DNA from: Podarcis vaucheri
Lineage: Eukaryota
Direction: 5' to 3' (one strand)
Assembly: GCA_965113315.1 (NCBI GenBank)
Contig: OZ220363.1
Length of the DNA stretch: 64,000 nt
Positions within the stretch are counted from its first letter, which is position 1. Each line of letters begins with the position of its first letter. Below the pieces are notes generated by a model. It saw nothing but the letters and a program-made list of their open reading frames with translations, was not told the origin of the DNA and made no database searches. The translations under genes were made by a program, and so were the position numbers. This document shows, piece by piece, positions 1 to 12,224 of the stretch.

Positions 1-146
1 AGGACCAGATGCTATCAATGGTGTACACTCTGGGTACACCGCTACTTAACCCCATCATATACAGCCTGAGGAACAGAGAGATGAAAGTAGCCCTGAGGAA
101 AGTCATCAGACACCGAATCTTCCAAAGGGAATCTGAATGCCACTAA
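1..146 (+). CDS. Olfactory receptor, 3' end only (TM7 and C-tail), family-10/OR10W1-like
   Basis: The frame starting at 3 reads [47 protein letters not shown], containing the OR TM7 motif P(M/L)LNPxIYSLRN. Stop TAA is at 144-146; the 5' part lies outside the window. Confidence 0.93.
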   Translation, partial: DQMLSMVYTLGTPLLNPIIYSLRNREMKVALRKVIRHRIFQRESECH

Positions 147-710
147 ACTTCATGCATTGCGGGCTGGTGGTCACAAGTTTGCTTCACCTCTTTCATGGAG
201 AAATCACTTCTAGGCTCCAGAGGAGGACCAGCATGTGTTATCTCAGCCAGCCTAAGCAGCTTCTGGGTAACTTAGAGCAATATTTTGATGGGTGCTTCCA
301 GACAGAGGCTTAATGATGCAAATGGACCATTCAGATATTGGCAATTGTCTGTTGTTGTTGTTTTAACTTATCAGATTTTCCCCCAGAAAAGAGTAAATCT
401 GAATTAAAGGGCACTTTGGTGCTGATAATGTCATGTGATCTCTACAAAATACTTTACATGCATGAGCTGTACCCAACCCACAGTTAACACCCATCTGTGT
501 GCTCTCAAGGTAGAACTATACTAGGATGAATTTTGTATGCTGGACTAAAAAGGTCTTCAGTCAGATCTAGCAGAACTCAACTTCAATTCAATAAGAAACA
601 AAGAGGCTTTTCTTCTGTGAACACGATTTCCGGGAACAGGGTTATCCGTGTGGGTTGCCCCAAGGCAGTAACTGAAAGAGTGTTGAAACCCCACGACACT
701 GCTGTATCCC

Positions 711-755
<45 letters not shown>

Positions 756-955
756 TTATTTGTACCCCACCCATCTGGCTGGGTTTCCCCAGCCACTCTG
801 GACAGCTTTCAATGGAACATTAAAATCAGAATAAAACTTCAACATTAAAAACTTCCCTAAACAGGGTTGCCTTCAATTGTCTTCTAAAAGTCAGATAGAC
901 AGGAGGGCGTTCCACAGGGCGGGCGCCACCACCGGGAAGGCCCTCTGCCTGGTTC
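711..955 (-). mobile_element. L2 LINE 3' fragment with (AAT)n tail
   Basis: (AAT)n at 711-755 is followed by ...ccatctggctgggtttccccagcc...aacttccctaaacaggg..., near-identical to the copies at 55045-55373 and 15884-16043. Confidence 0.75.
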
Positions 956-1336
956 TAAGAAACCAAGTCGGAAGGGGCGACTCATCTTCATACAGTATCC
1001 CCCTCCTAGCCAGAGGGCAAAGCACTTCTGTGTGTGAAAAGAACAATAGACTGTAGCTGAAACAAAGAGCTTGGTTGGGGGCTCTGTAAGTGTATAAAGA
1101 TCTGAGGCCATTGGGTGTCTTTCCTGGAGATCTGCAAGGTTCAGTTCTCTGTCAGAGTGTTTAATCTGTCTGGCTCCACCTGTGCTCAACATGTATATTT
1201 GTAACTAAACACAAATATTACAAAATGTCAAATAAGCTTTCAGCGGCCTCCTTCCCAAGTAAACCAAACCTAGATAAAATTTGAACCTTTAGTACCTACT
1301 CATTGTTCAGGGAAATGGAGTGAACATAACAATCTA

Positions 1337-1469
1337 TCAGTCAGTAGGGCATGATACTCTTAATCTCAAGGTCATGGATTTGACCCCCATGTTGGGTGAA
1401 AGATTCCTACATTTCCTGGGGTTGGGCTAGATTATTCTTGTGGTCCTTTCCAACTCTATGATTCTATGA
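1337..1469 (+). mobile_element. Short tRNA-derived SINE with CR1-type (attctatg) tail
   Basis: tRNA-like head and an end reading ttccaactctatgattctatga. Homologous copies lie at 28911-29053 (-) and 52096-52740 (+). Confidence 0.7.
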
Positions 1470-3183
1470 AAGACACAAAGTTCCCCATTCTGCATTTTCC
1501 TCATAAGGCAAGCACATCATTTTTGTTGGTTCAAGTGGGGGAAAAGTAGTATAAAAAAATGAGAATTCCTGGATTCTAGGATCCAAGTTTGGGGCATGAC
1601 TAATTGGCACCTCTGTGTCACTTATAGTGTCTTGTTTTCCCCTTAGGCAAAGCTCTCTCACTAGGCTACTCTCAGCTGAAAATAAAATTGTGTATTTGTG
1701 AGTCCTACGGAGCCCATGGGATAGGGTAGGAAAGAAATAGTTATGAATTAGAAGTTATTTAAATTGCTCCCATCAGCAATAGCTTTCTATAGTGAAGATG
1801 ATCTAGGTCAAAGTGATACATTTAAGTCAAGAAAACAGTATTAAGGAAATCCCAGGAGCAGCTAAGATTAAAAAAACAAACCTATTTGTAGTTCTTTGTC
1901 ATTATCTTCCTTTACTCCCTATTCACTGCAAAAAGTGCTAATTTAGGTGGAAGGGATGTGCAAAAGTGGCCTGGGACCACTGGTGAAAAGAAGGATCACA
2001 TCACGTGCAGAGCACCGACAACATATTTCATCCATATTTACACACATCCAAAAACATCTTGAGAGTTCTGGCAAAATGTGTGATTACTTTCACTATGGAA
2101 GTAATATTGAGCTCTATGGGTGAAGTCAAGCATAGAAGGCAGAGGACAGACTTGCACATTGTGGAAACAGCAGGCGACCTCTGCAGCAAGGGTAGAAGCA
2201 ATAGCCTTTTCCAACTGGCGTCATGACATTTCTTGGGAAGAGATTGGCACTGCAGCTCAACCCGTGCTTAGCAGCACTTCCAACATAACACTTCAGAGAT
2301 AAGCCTCTGAACACCCATGTCTTACATTGTGGACAAGTGTTACTTAAGAATGGTTATATCTCCATCTGTCTCATTGCAAAGAAAAAGAAAAAAGGAACTC
2401 ATATAACCTGTGGTTGGTTTCTGAATTCACCTCTGCAGTGATACCCATGTAGATATTGTTTTTAAGTGACACTTTCATACATAACACATATTTAAAGTAA
2501 TATAAGAAGCCTCTATGAGTGTTCTTGGAAAAAACAGAACATATTTCATTCAAAAGAAAGCATTCTCTGACCAGGGACTTGGCCTTTCTTCTCCTAGAAA
2601 ATAAGCACTGGGAGAAAGACAAGATGCAAGAATTACAGAGGATTGGGCCCAAGGGGCACACATTGAAGTAAGAATAATAAGATGAGATAATAACAGCTAT
2701 TCTTTTAAATTACAATAATCTCTATGCAAAGGTCTAACTTGTTGAGAAATAGAGGGCTAGAATGGTGCTATAGGGTGCACCATATAACTTCAAAAGAAGT
2801 CCTTGAATATTTTCATCTTGAAATTCAGAGCCGGTAACATTAGCACAAGAGGAGGTGATATGTATAATAAAGTGTTCAGGAAACTTAGGGGTGACAAAAA
2901 TGTAGGTGTTGGTCTAGCAATGGTGCCTTGAATGTCTTGAATGCAACTGTTTTACCTGTGCCAGGCTAAAATGGTTTACCTGCTAAGCTACTCATGGACA
3001 CCAACAGTGAAAGTTTCTCTTCAAACCTCCACCTGTTCTGTTTTCATAAATGCCAGCTGCATGCCTAGCTCAATCTCAAGCCTTGCTCAAGACAGAGGTG
3101 ACTTCACCATCCAGGAGCATAATCTGGTGCTCTCATGAGCTTCTACTAGTATTAGATATTTTGCCCCGGTATATGACATTTCG

Positions 3184-3310
3184 AAGCTACAAACATGAGT
3201 CTGACCAAACTGCGGGAGGCAGTGGAAGACAGGAGTGCCTGGCGTGCTCTGGTCCAGGGGGTCACGAAGAGTCAGACACGACTAAACGACTAAACAACAA
3301 CAACAACAAC
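3184..3310 (+). mobile_element. 5'-truncated RTE-BovB LINE
   Basis: The BovB-type 3' end gtcacgaagagtcagacacgactaaacgactaaa is followed by a (CAA)n tail. An 11-bp TSD atgacatttcg lies at 3173-3183 and 3311-3321. Confidence 0.85.
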
Positions 3311-4462
3311 ATGACATTTCGCACACATCCTTTCCTATGTCAGTGTGCTATTTTATTTATTTTATTGTATAGTTAGTTTTCGTTTTTGTTTTCCTAAATA
3401 AAATTTACTTTCGGCTTTTCCCTTCATTATTACTGAATCTCACGGCAACCTTTCTACCTTCTATGTACACATCTAGGGATGGGGAACAAGTTCAATTCAG
3501 TTAACATTTAAAGGTGAACCTATGTCATCTGCATGCTCCAAAAACCATACAAGAACCGAAACATCCTTCAAAATTCAAATTTCTCTGAATTCTGCAGTGC
3601 AGTTCCCCAACCAAATAATGTGTCCCAAAATGCACAGACTAGGATAAAACGTCCACAAAACAGGCATATTTTGTTGAAAATAACATACAAGAATGCATTA
3701 TTTTAGGGGGAAATGCTTTGCAAAAATGTGCCTGTTCAGCCAAATTTAATACAAACATGTGCATATTAGGAGAAGGTTGTGCAAAGATGCTGTTGAATTT
3801 TCATGAGGACTTTACAAACACTTATAGGAATAGGGTGGTCAACTGAACTGCGTGGTTGCATCCAGTGCCACTTCAATCAAGTTTGAATTGAGAAAACCAG
3901 CTGTGAAGGATATATGGTATTCCTCTCACTAATATAATGCGCACCAAGGGAAAGCTGGGCCTGGCATGAATACAGGCACACCACTACTTACATGCATTCC
4001 ACTCATGCGCCACTGCATTTATGTGAGCTGCTGCGAAGTAAATAAATTGGCCTTCCCTCAGGATTGCTGCCCAAGCAAGGGATGGCAGCCTTTGATTGAC
4101 CAGTGACACAGGCCAGGAGGTGCCTTCTCCCTGCCTCCACCACACGTTTGCGCCCCCATCCTGGCACCAGTTCTGCTGGGTGCCCTTCTTGGCCCTCACC
4201 TTCTGGGGCCAGCCACCACCACTATGTGCACTGGCTGCCCTCAGGTAGGCAGGCTCAGGACAGGACAGTCAGCGTCCCCAAGCAATTTCCAGGGTTGGTG
4301 TCAGGCTTCAGGGAACTGGCTTCCTCCCCTGTGGCAGTAGATAGGCAGAACAAAGGGAAATGAGTCTTCTTACAGTTAGAAACTTTAATAATCCCAGCGA
4401 GAGAACAAAGAACACATCTCCTAGACATGGTGGTGCTCCCAATCAAGGATCCCATCCCCTTA

Positions 4463-4800
4463 AAGTAAAGGTAAAGGGACCCGACTCTGGGGTTGCGCGC
4501 TCATCTCGCTCTATAGGCTGAGGGAGCTGGCGTTTGTCCGCAGACAGCGCCCGTGTCATGTGGCCAGCATGACTAAGCCGCTTCTGGCGAACCAGAGCAG
4601 CACACGGAAACGCGTTTTCCTTCCCGCCGCAGCGGTACCTATTTATCTACTTGCACTTTGACGTGTTTTCGAACTGCTAGGTGGGCAGGAGCAGGGACTG
4701 AGCAACGGGAGCTCACCCCGTCGTGGGGATTCGAACCGCCGACCTTCTGATCGGCAAGTCCTAGGCTCTTTGGTTTAACCCACAGCGCCACCTGCGTCCC
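4463..4800 (-). mobile_element. Sauria SINE
   Basis: ACCTTT-type tail (aaggtaaagg on +), diagnostic body (catgtggccagcatgac, cggtacctatttatctac) and tRNA-like B box (gattcgaacc on +). TSD atcccctta at 4454-4462 and 4801-4809. Confidence 0.9.
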
Positions 4801-5910
4801 ATCCCCTTACGTCCCTATTAATCTACATCATTTCTATGTCTTGCAATCGGAGCTTGTACCCTCTGTGCTTTGTGTGCTTTCTGTTCTGCCACTTTCTGAG
4901 CTCTTCTTGACCTTGGGGAGAGCGGAGAGACAGTGAATCTGTTAAGCCTCTCTCTTCCAGTGTTTCTTCTCCGAGCTGTTCCCCATCCAGTATTTCCCAG
5001 CTTCTGCCTTCTGAACTATGTCCCTCTGCAAACCACTGTTCCCTGACAGTCTCTCTCTCTCTTCCCCATGTGCCCCCAAACCAGTCCATTATTACTATCC
5101 TAGTGCTAAAGATATACTCCAATGCTAAAGACATATTTAAATTAATACATTTTATAATTTGATGGTGTGGTAAGAATTTACTTCTACACCACTTTGTTCT
5201 TACCTAGGTGAGGGAATGCCTTTAAATAAGACACAGAACCAAGAGAATAACAACAATCTCAGCATCCTGGAGGAACCTGGTTTACCAGAGCTATTGCAGT
5301 AGGACACCCTTGCCAATCAGCCACTCAGCTGCTAGTTAGAAGGACGAGTTAGTTGTTGTTTCCTTTTCAGATCCTGATGGCCATCTATGATTATTATAAA
5401 ACACAACCAGGTATAAATAGCAGCCCTGTACCTGCATTGCTTGGGAATTCTAGGAAGGAAAAAAATTAGTGCAGATCTGCCATCTTGATTTTTTTTAAAA
5501 AAGGCACCCAGTTGTATCCAAGCATAAGCAAAAGCCTGCTCTTTAAGCTCATGAACTGTGAAGCAAAATTTTGTTAAAATCACTGCAGTTTTTAAAGGTG
5601 CGGTCTGCCATCTTGATTCGAAATGGCACCCAGTTGTATCCAAACCTGTTCCTTGATCTCAGGAACCATCATGCAAAAGTTGGCTTTGATATTTTAAGAG
5701 GTATTCAAATGCAAAGCAAACAAACAGTTTCCCAAATATATAGTAAATAGAGGAAGTTTGACTCAAAGTTATAATTAGTTTGGGAGGGTGATCTATAGAC
5801 ATATAATTAGTTCAATTATAGACTTTTCATTGATTATGCTATGCCCCAAAGAGGTAAGTCTAATGTTTTGGAAGAAGTTGCTTTCATAAAGAGGCACAGA
5901 AGAAATACAA

Positions 5911-5958
5911 TATCCTGGAGACATATATGTACTATATCCTGGAGACATATATGTACTA
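5911..5958. repeat. Perfect 2 x 24-bp tandem duplication
   Basis: tatcctggagacatatatgtacta occurs twice in tandem. Confidence 0.9.
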
Positions 5959-6290
5959 TATGTCATGACTGTGTTCACAGCACACTTTGAACACAGGAAG
6001 CAAGGGTAATGTACCAAGAAGGACACACATAGCGCAACAAAGAAGTTAACTGAATTCACTATCCAGAGACTGGGTAGTTCCTCTCTGTGTGCCTTCTTGT
6101 GGAAAGCTCAGCTATTATCTTCAAGGAAGGCCAGTGCACTCAGCTTTTATGAAGCTTCTCAATGGACCGATGATCAACAACTGAGAGGATTTGCTCACCT
6201 TGTGTAGCATTTCAAGGGGAGCACAGACCTGACCTCCGTGTGGAACACTTTCTCCCAGTGCTGATCCTCTACACTGCCATCCACTGGAAA

Positions 6291-6514
6291 ATGAATACCA
6301 TAGGCTTCCTTGCACTCGCTTTTCCTGTTCTGCTCTGGGAAGCTTCTTCAGTAAAAAACAAATGGCTTAAAGGCCACCCTCAGATGTCTGCTGCCATGCC
6401 AGATTTCTCAGTTCAAGGAGATGTGGTAATTGGGGTAGTCTCCCCTGTCCACGCAAGTGTGCACTCCACAATAACACATCTCAAAAGTCTGCCACAGGCA
6501 GCTAGCTGCAAGGG
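6291..6514 (+). CDS. V2R exon 1 (signal peptide, GDVVIG)
   Basis: MNTIGFLALAFPVLLWEASS...QGDVVIGVVSPVH...SCKG; donor gtaagt at 6515. Confidence 0.85.
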
Positions 6515-9051
6515 GTAAGTCTCACTTCCAATACATTTCTTAAGATGGAGGAAATTAACGGATAGAAAGAAGAATTAATGGAAGAAAAACCTGTGGCTGT
6601 CACAAAAAGTAAAGGAAACACTGTCTGCTTCTACTGCCAGAAAGACTAAGGCTGCAATCCAATGCACGCTTGTCTGAGAGCAGTTCCCATTGAATTCAGT
6701 GGGTCTTACTTCTGAGTAATCAGGTTATGCTGTAAGATTACATTTATGTCTCAGTCTAAGAATGGGATGGGGAACCTCTTGTTGGACTACAACTCCCATC
6801 ATCCCTGTCCCTGACGATTGGCTATGCTGACTGGGGGTGATGGTATTTGGAGTCTAACAACATATGAAGGGCCAGAGAGCGCTTTAGTGCTCTTAGGTGA
6901 CCTTTGTAGGAGCTATCCCATTTTATCTTCAAAGCAGCTCTGTGAAGGTTTAGGCTGAGGGGCTCATCCAGACTGCCTTTTGGGTTGCATTGCCATTTGT
7001 GGTAGTGTGGGTTTTTTGGAGAAAGCACGGGGACGAAACAAAGAAAAACAAGGCTCAGTCATGGAGCTTTAAAGTTTGGACCTGTGCCTAGAAGTGCAGC
7101 ACAAAAAAGATGTCTGGATGAGCCTTGTGACTGGCCCAAGTCACAGAGGAACAGGGAGTAAAATGAAGGCCACTTTGTCAAAGTCCAACACTCTGTCCAA
7201 TGCACTCGACACTCTCCACACACGTCATTATGCTGGCTATCATTAACCTTGGAGCTCAAATCAAGGTTCTAGAAAATGACTTTTTGTGCTCCCTTTCTTC
7301 AGCTTGGACGGGAGTCTCAGAGCAGGAGCATTATAACTGCACACTGCACACATGAGTAAGCTCACCCATGCCTTCTCTCAAACATTTTCTCATTTGAAAG
7401 GGAGAAAGTCACAAGTTTACTAGGATCAAATCCATGCTAGACCTATAGAAGGAGGTTGCATTGAAGAATAATTCTTGTGCTTAAATGACCATTTCTTCTG
7501 TGGGGGGCGGGGCGGATCTTCTGATAAACATCTGCTCAAACAAATACCAACTGTGCTCAAAACTTCCTTTTCAGATTCCGCATTCGGTTTTTCCAGCACA
7601 CTCTGGCCATTCTCTTTGCCCTTTCAGAAGCAAATAAGGACCCCGGCTTAGTACAGAATATCACCCTGGGCCTCCAGCTTTATGACTCATGCATCTCACC
7701 AGCCAAAGCACTGAAAGGTGCCCTTTCTTTTTTATCAGGCCCACAAGAACTGGTGCCCAACTTCAGCTGCAGCTCTCGGCCTTTGCTTCTCGGTATCATT
7801 GGCGCAATGACTTCCCCAGAGTCAGAGCCCATAGCACAAGTGCTTTCCCTCTACAGAGTTCCTCAGGTAAGCAGTGTACCTAGGAAGATCAATTATATAT
7901 CCTGCTAGATGGTCTCAGTTTACAAAAAGTAATCAAATGGGTTTGACAGGGTAATTGTAAGAATTGCTGTAGACATATATACATGCACACACATTTGTGT
8001 GCTTTTCATTCTTTCTCTACAGCTGGAATGTGTTAATTTAGCAGAACGTTTTGTCTGTGTGATGGATAGAGACCTTGGACTTTCTTATCAAAATCTTCTT
8101 CCAACTTAAAAATGAAATCTCCATCTCTCATTTGAAGAACTGGGAAAGTGTCCTTGCTAACTAATTTCATCATACCCTGGGTGCTAAATATAAGGAACAT
8201 TTCATCAGTACTGTATATGGCACAGGTGGAGTCTGCTGAGCTGCTCAGGGTGCTCCAACTCTTAATTCCAAGCTCTCTGAACATCTCCACGCTCTGGTCA
8301 GCACAGAAAGAGAGAGAAGAGATACTGGCAACTCACATAGTTGAACAGAGAATGTAAATAAAGCAACTCAGTGCTGCAGGAATTACCAGATGAATGGAAA
8401 CAGAAGACAGATTTCAGCTGGCCAGCCTTGGCTTCTGTATTATTGTGCTTCCTGGTAATGTAGGGATGCAGATGACAGATTTTTAAGAAGTTTGTTAGGT
8501 GTACCATGCTGCAATCTATATACCTGCCTGCCTGTAATGTCAGTCAACATAATATTGTTACGTGATGCTGTCCTAGTATAGCTGTTGACATGTTTCATCC
8601 TAAATGTGTGCAGCGCAGATCTATTAATATTTACTCAGAAGGCTCACAGAATTCAAGGGGAGCTCCTTCCTCAGTAGTTGTGCTTAGGAGTGCAACATAA
8701 CAGTTTACCGTAATCCTTTGACTTATTTTGCGAGCATCTAACATGCCCAACCTATTTTTCCTCTATCTTCATCAAGTTCTACTCCATCTTTGCAATCACT
8801 ATACAATATTTATTCTTCCTTTTACATCTCTCCTACTCATCTTCCTTCAATTTTCTTTTTCACCCTCTTCATTCTACTGGAACTTAATAATCTTGTACAA
8901 ACCCCATCTTCCCTCAGGCTTTTCCCATACCCATCTATTTTAACATGTTATTAATGTCATTACATTCCCTTTGACTTTACATTACATGCAAACACAGATA
9001 ACAAAGCACAGGCAGGAGGGGAAAAAGTAGTGGGCAGAAAAATGATTAAGA

Positions 9052-9131
<80 letters not shown>

Positions 9132-12100
9132 TCCTGCTCCAAAATAATTTTCCTAAAGAACAAAAAGAAGAGTGAGAAGGCTTGGTGGATTCCACTGCAT
9201 ATCTCTCTCTGTGTAATGTGTAGTTCAGCTCTGATATTTGCACTGCTTTCATCTCAACACTTTAAAAAAACTGCTGGGAAGTTTCCTTTTTCAAAAGTGC
9301 TACTTTTTCTTCATCATACTTTCTTTTGACTTGGTGCCTTATATTCTGTTTTCCCTTTCTAACTCTGTAGCCTCTACTTTTCTCAGCCATCGTATCTCCT
9401 TTGAGCAAGGACAGCGCCCATTTGCTCCATGAGCCATATTTACCTACTGTAGTCACTTAGCAACACAGGAATCTGCCTTATATTGTGTCAGACCATTGGT
9501 CCATATAGCTCAGTATTGTCAACAATGACTGGAGTTGCCTGGAATTAAAAGTGGGACCTTCTGCAGGCAAAGCAGCTGCTCTACCGCTGAGCTGCATGGA
9601 AACATTATTCATTTTATTATTGAGAATGATGGTGATGTTCAACTACTGTGTATCTCCTTTCCTTGTGCATTCTTTTAAAACGCTGTTATGAAAAGGATGC
9701 TTTATTAAAAATCCATGACAGAATGGCAAGTTAGGACAGATAAGTCTGAAGAGAGCAGGCAATAAGGAATAAGGTACAAAATACTGAAAGAGAATCTGTG
9801 ATTCCCTCTTTTATCCCTCAGATCAGCCATGGTTCTCAAGATCCCAAGTTTTCTGACCACTTCCGTTTCCCATCATTCCTTCGTACCGTGCCTTCCAGCG
9901 GCCACCAGCCCTCTATGCTCTGCCAGCTTCTGCAGCACTTCAACTGGACATGGGTGGGTGTGGTGAGTTTTGGCAGCGATGCTGCTCAGATGGAGACCGT
10001 TTTGAAGAAGGAGTTGGGCCAGACGGGGGGCTGCCTTGCCCTGTCCAAAACAATCCATGACCCCTATTCCCGGCTGGAGATGAGTGCAGCTGCTAGGGAC
10101 ATTGGGAACTCACTAGCAAGTGTTTTCGTGTGCCACTGCTACAACATCCACTTTCAGCTGCTTGCCGGGGCTCTACAAGCACAAAACATTACCAGTAAGA
10201 CGTGGATCTTGACAACGAGCCTTGCTGTGATCCCAGAGATGTTCACCAAGGAGGCGTTACAGCTCCTGAATGGGAGCCTGGATCTGAGGATTCATTCGGA
10301 TAAAATCTCAGGTTTCGATCATTTCCTGACCACGCTTAGCCCTGCTGCTTATCCCAACAGCCATTTGGTGAAAGTGCTTTGGCAAAATCTGTTTGACTGT
10401 GTTTGGCCAGGTTTAGAAAAAAACGATGGAAAAAACACCCCCCGACTCTGCACTGGGGTAGAGCAGGTGGGTACCAGCCACTTGCTCCTCTTCGATCTAG
10501 AGAACTGGGCTGCCACATATCAGGCCTATCTTGCAGCCAGGGCCTTCATCACAGCCTACCACAACATGATCTCCTGCATATGTGACAGAGGGCCCTTCAC
10601 CCAGGGAAGGTGTGCCACAACGAAGCATTTCCAGCCATGGCAAGTGAGTCAATTGTTCCTCTCCTTGTCTAGACTCAGTTTCTGCTTGTGTAGAGTTAAG
10701 CAGAACTGGGTTCTAGGTTGGAAGGACTTTAGAAGTCTTAAATGTCCTAAAAGTTACAAGAAAACATTGCTAGCAAGGAGCAATATTCTTGGCAGAGTCA
10801 GGGCCAGAGAGAGGACATGGGGCAAGAACTCGAACCAAGCATGCCTCCCCCACCCACCCTGCCCACTTAGTGGAAATGTGCAAACACACGCACACTGGGG
10901 TCAGCTACAATACAACCGGAGAGAAAACCAGTCCATCTATCCATTCCACTTGTCTCAGTTAGATATCTTCCTATCCAGTCTGCACCACTTAATACAGCTT
11001 AGGACTGGGATCTTCAATATGGATGAGTGCAACATATGCCCAGATCTTAAGGTGGCTTCGGGTTGGGCCATTTGACTTTTCCATGTTGTACCAATAAATC
11101 TCATATTGAGGGATCAGGAAGCAGAAGGGAGAAAGAACTCCAAGGCCGCTGCTTCTTATTGAGTGACTTGGGTAAACCAAGCAACTTCCAGACGTGTAGA
11201 AGTTACATGTGCTTCAATCTGTTTTTAGCCCACTGTTGATTTTAATTAGTTTTGAATGTTTTTAAAATACCTGTTTTTGACTGTCTTTTATTAATAATTT
11301 TATTTCCCTGCTTTTATTGTGTAAACTGCTTTGATGCTCTATTACAATCAAGTAGCGTATAACTGTTGTTAAATAAATAAATGGTAAGCCGTACCTGATT
11401 GATACTAGAGTTGTGTGAAAATGGCCTTCTGAAATCCTCCAGCTAGAGCTCTCCATATCCCCTGCCCGCCAACTGACCTGGGTTGACTTGGGGAACATCC
11501 AATCAGGATTCAGCCTCAAATCAGTTAGGGTCTTCAGAAACCTATATGGTAGGAAGCAGGGAGGAGGAAGGAGATCCTGGGTCTCCTTCTCCTCCTCCAG
11601 ACCACACTGCAGAAAACAGGGGACTTTAGCTCTAGCTCTTCTGGGTGCTATTTTCCAATGTAACCTGCAGGGAATGTGATGGCAATGCAGACCCCTTCAG
11701 CCAGCAGGATTGCCCTCTTGGTGGGTGCCTCCTGCAATACCATTGTTCCAAAGTGGGTGGCAATATCTTCAGAGGTGTCCAAACTGGTGAAGTTTGAGAT
11801 GTTTTGGTCCAACGTATTGACTCAGCACCTGAATTCCAAATGTAAACCAAAACAGGTGCCTGCATCTTGGGAATTATCATGTCAAATTTGGCAACAATAT
11901 CTCAAGAGGTGTTAGGATGAATAGAAAACAGATGGGCAGAAAGACAAACCAATTTCTAAAATATATAGTAGGAAAAAAAAACATGTAATGCTTTCCCTGT
12001 AGGAAAACACATTTCTGTTGGTTCCCTGATGCCTGTTCCTGTCAAGACTATTTTATGTTTCGTGTTTTACTATGTTTTTATATGTGCTGTGAGCCGCCCA

Positions 12101-12176
12101 GAGTGGCTGGGGAAAAGTATAAATAATAAAATTATTATTATTCTCATCATCATAATCTGAATTAATCAGGTTATAT

Positions 12177-12224
<48 letters not shown>

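Noticed and set aside
557-796. Poly-Leu/Tyr ORFs (also 15905-16099 and 9030-9329)
   Set aside because: They are translations of microsatellites and L2 tails.
4720-4800. tRNA-like A/B boxes (also 25840-25903, 52096-52570 and 52745-52810) as tRNA genes
   Set aside because: They are SINE heads continuous with SINE bodies.
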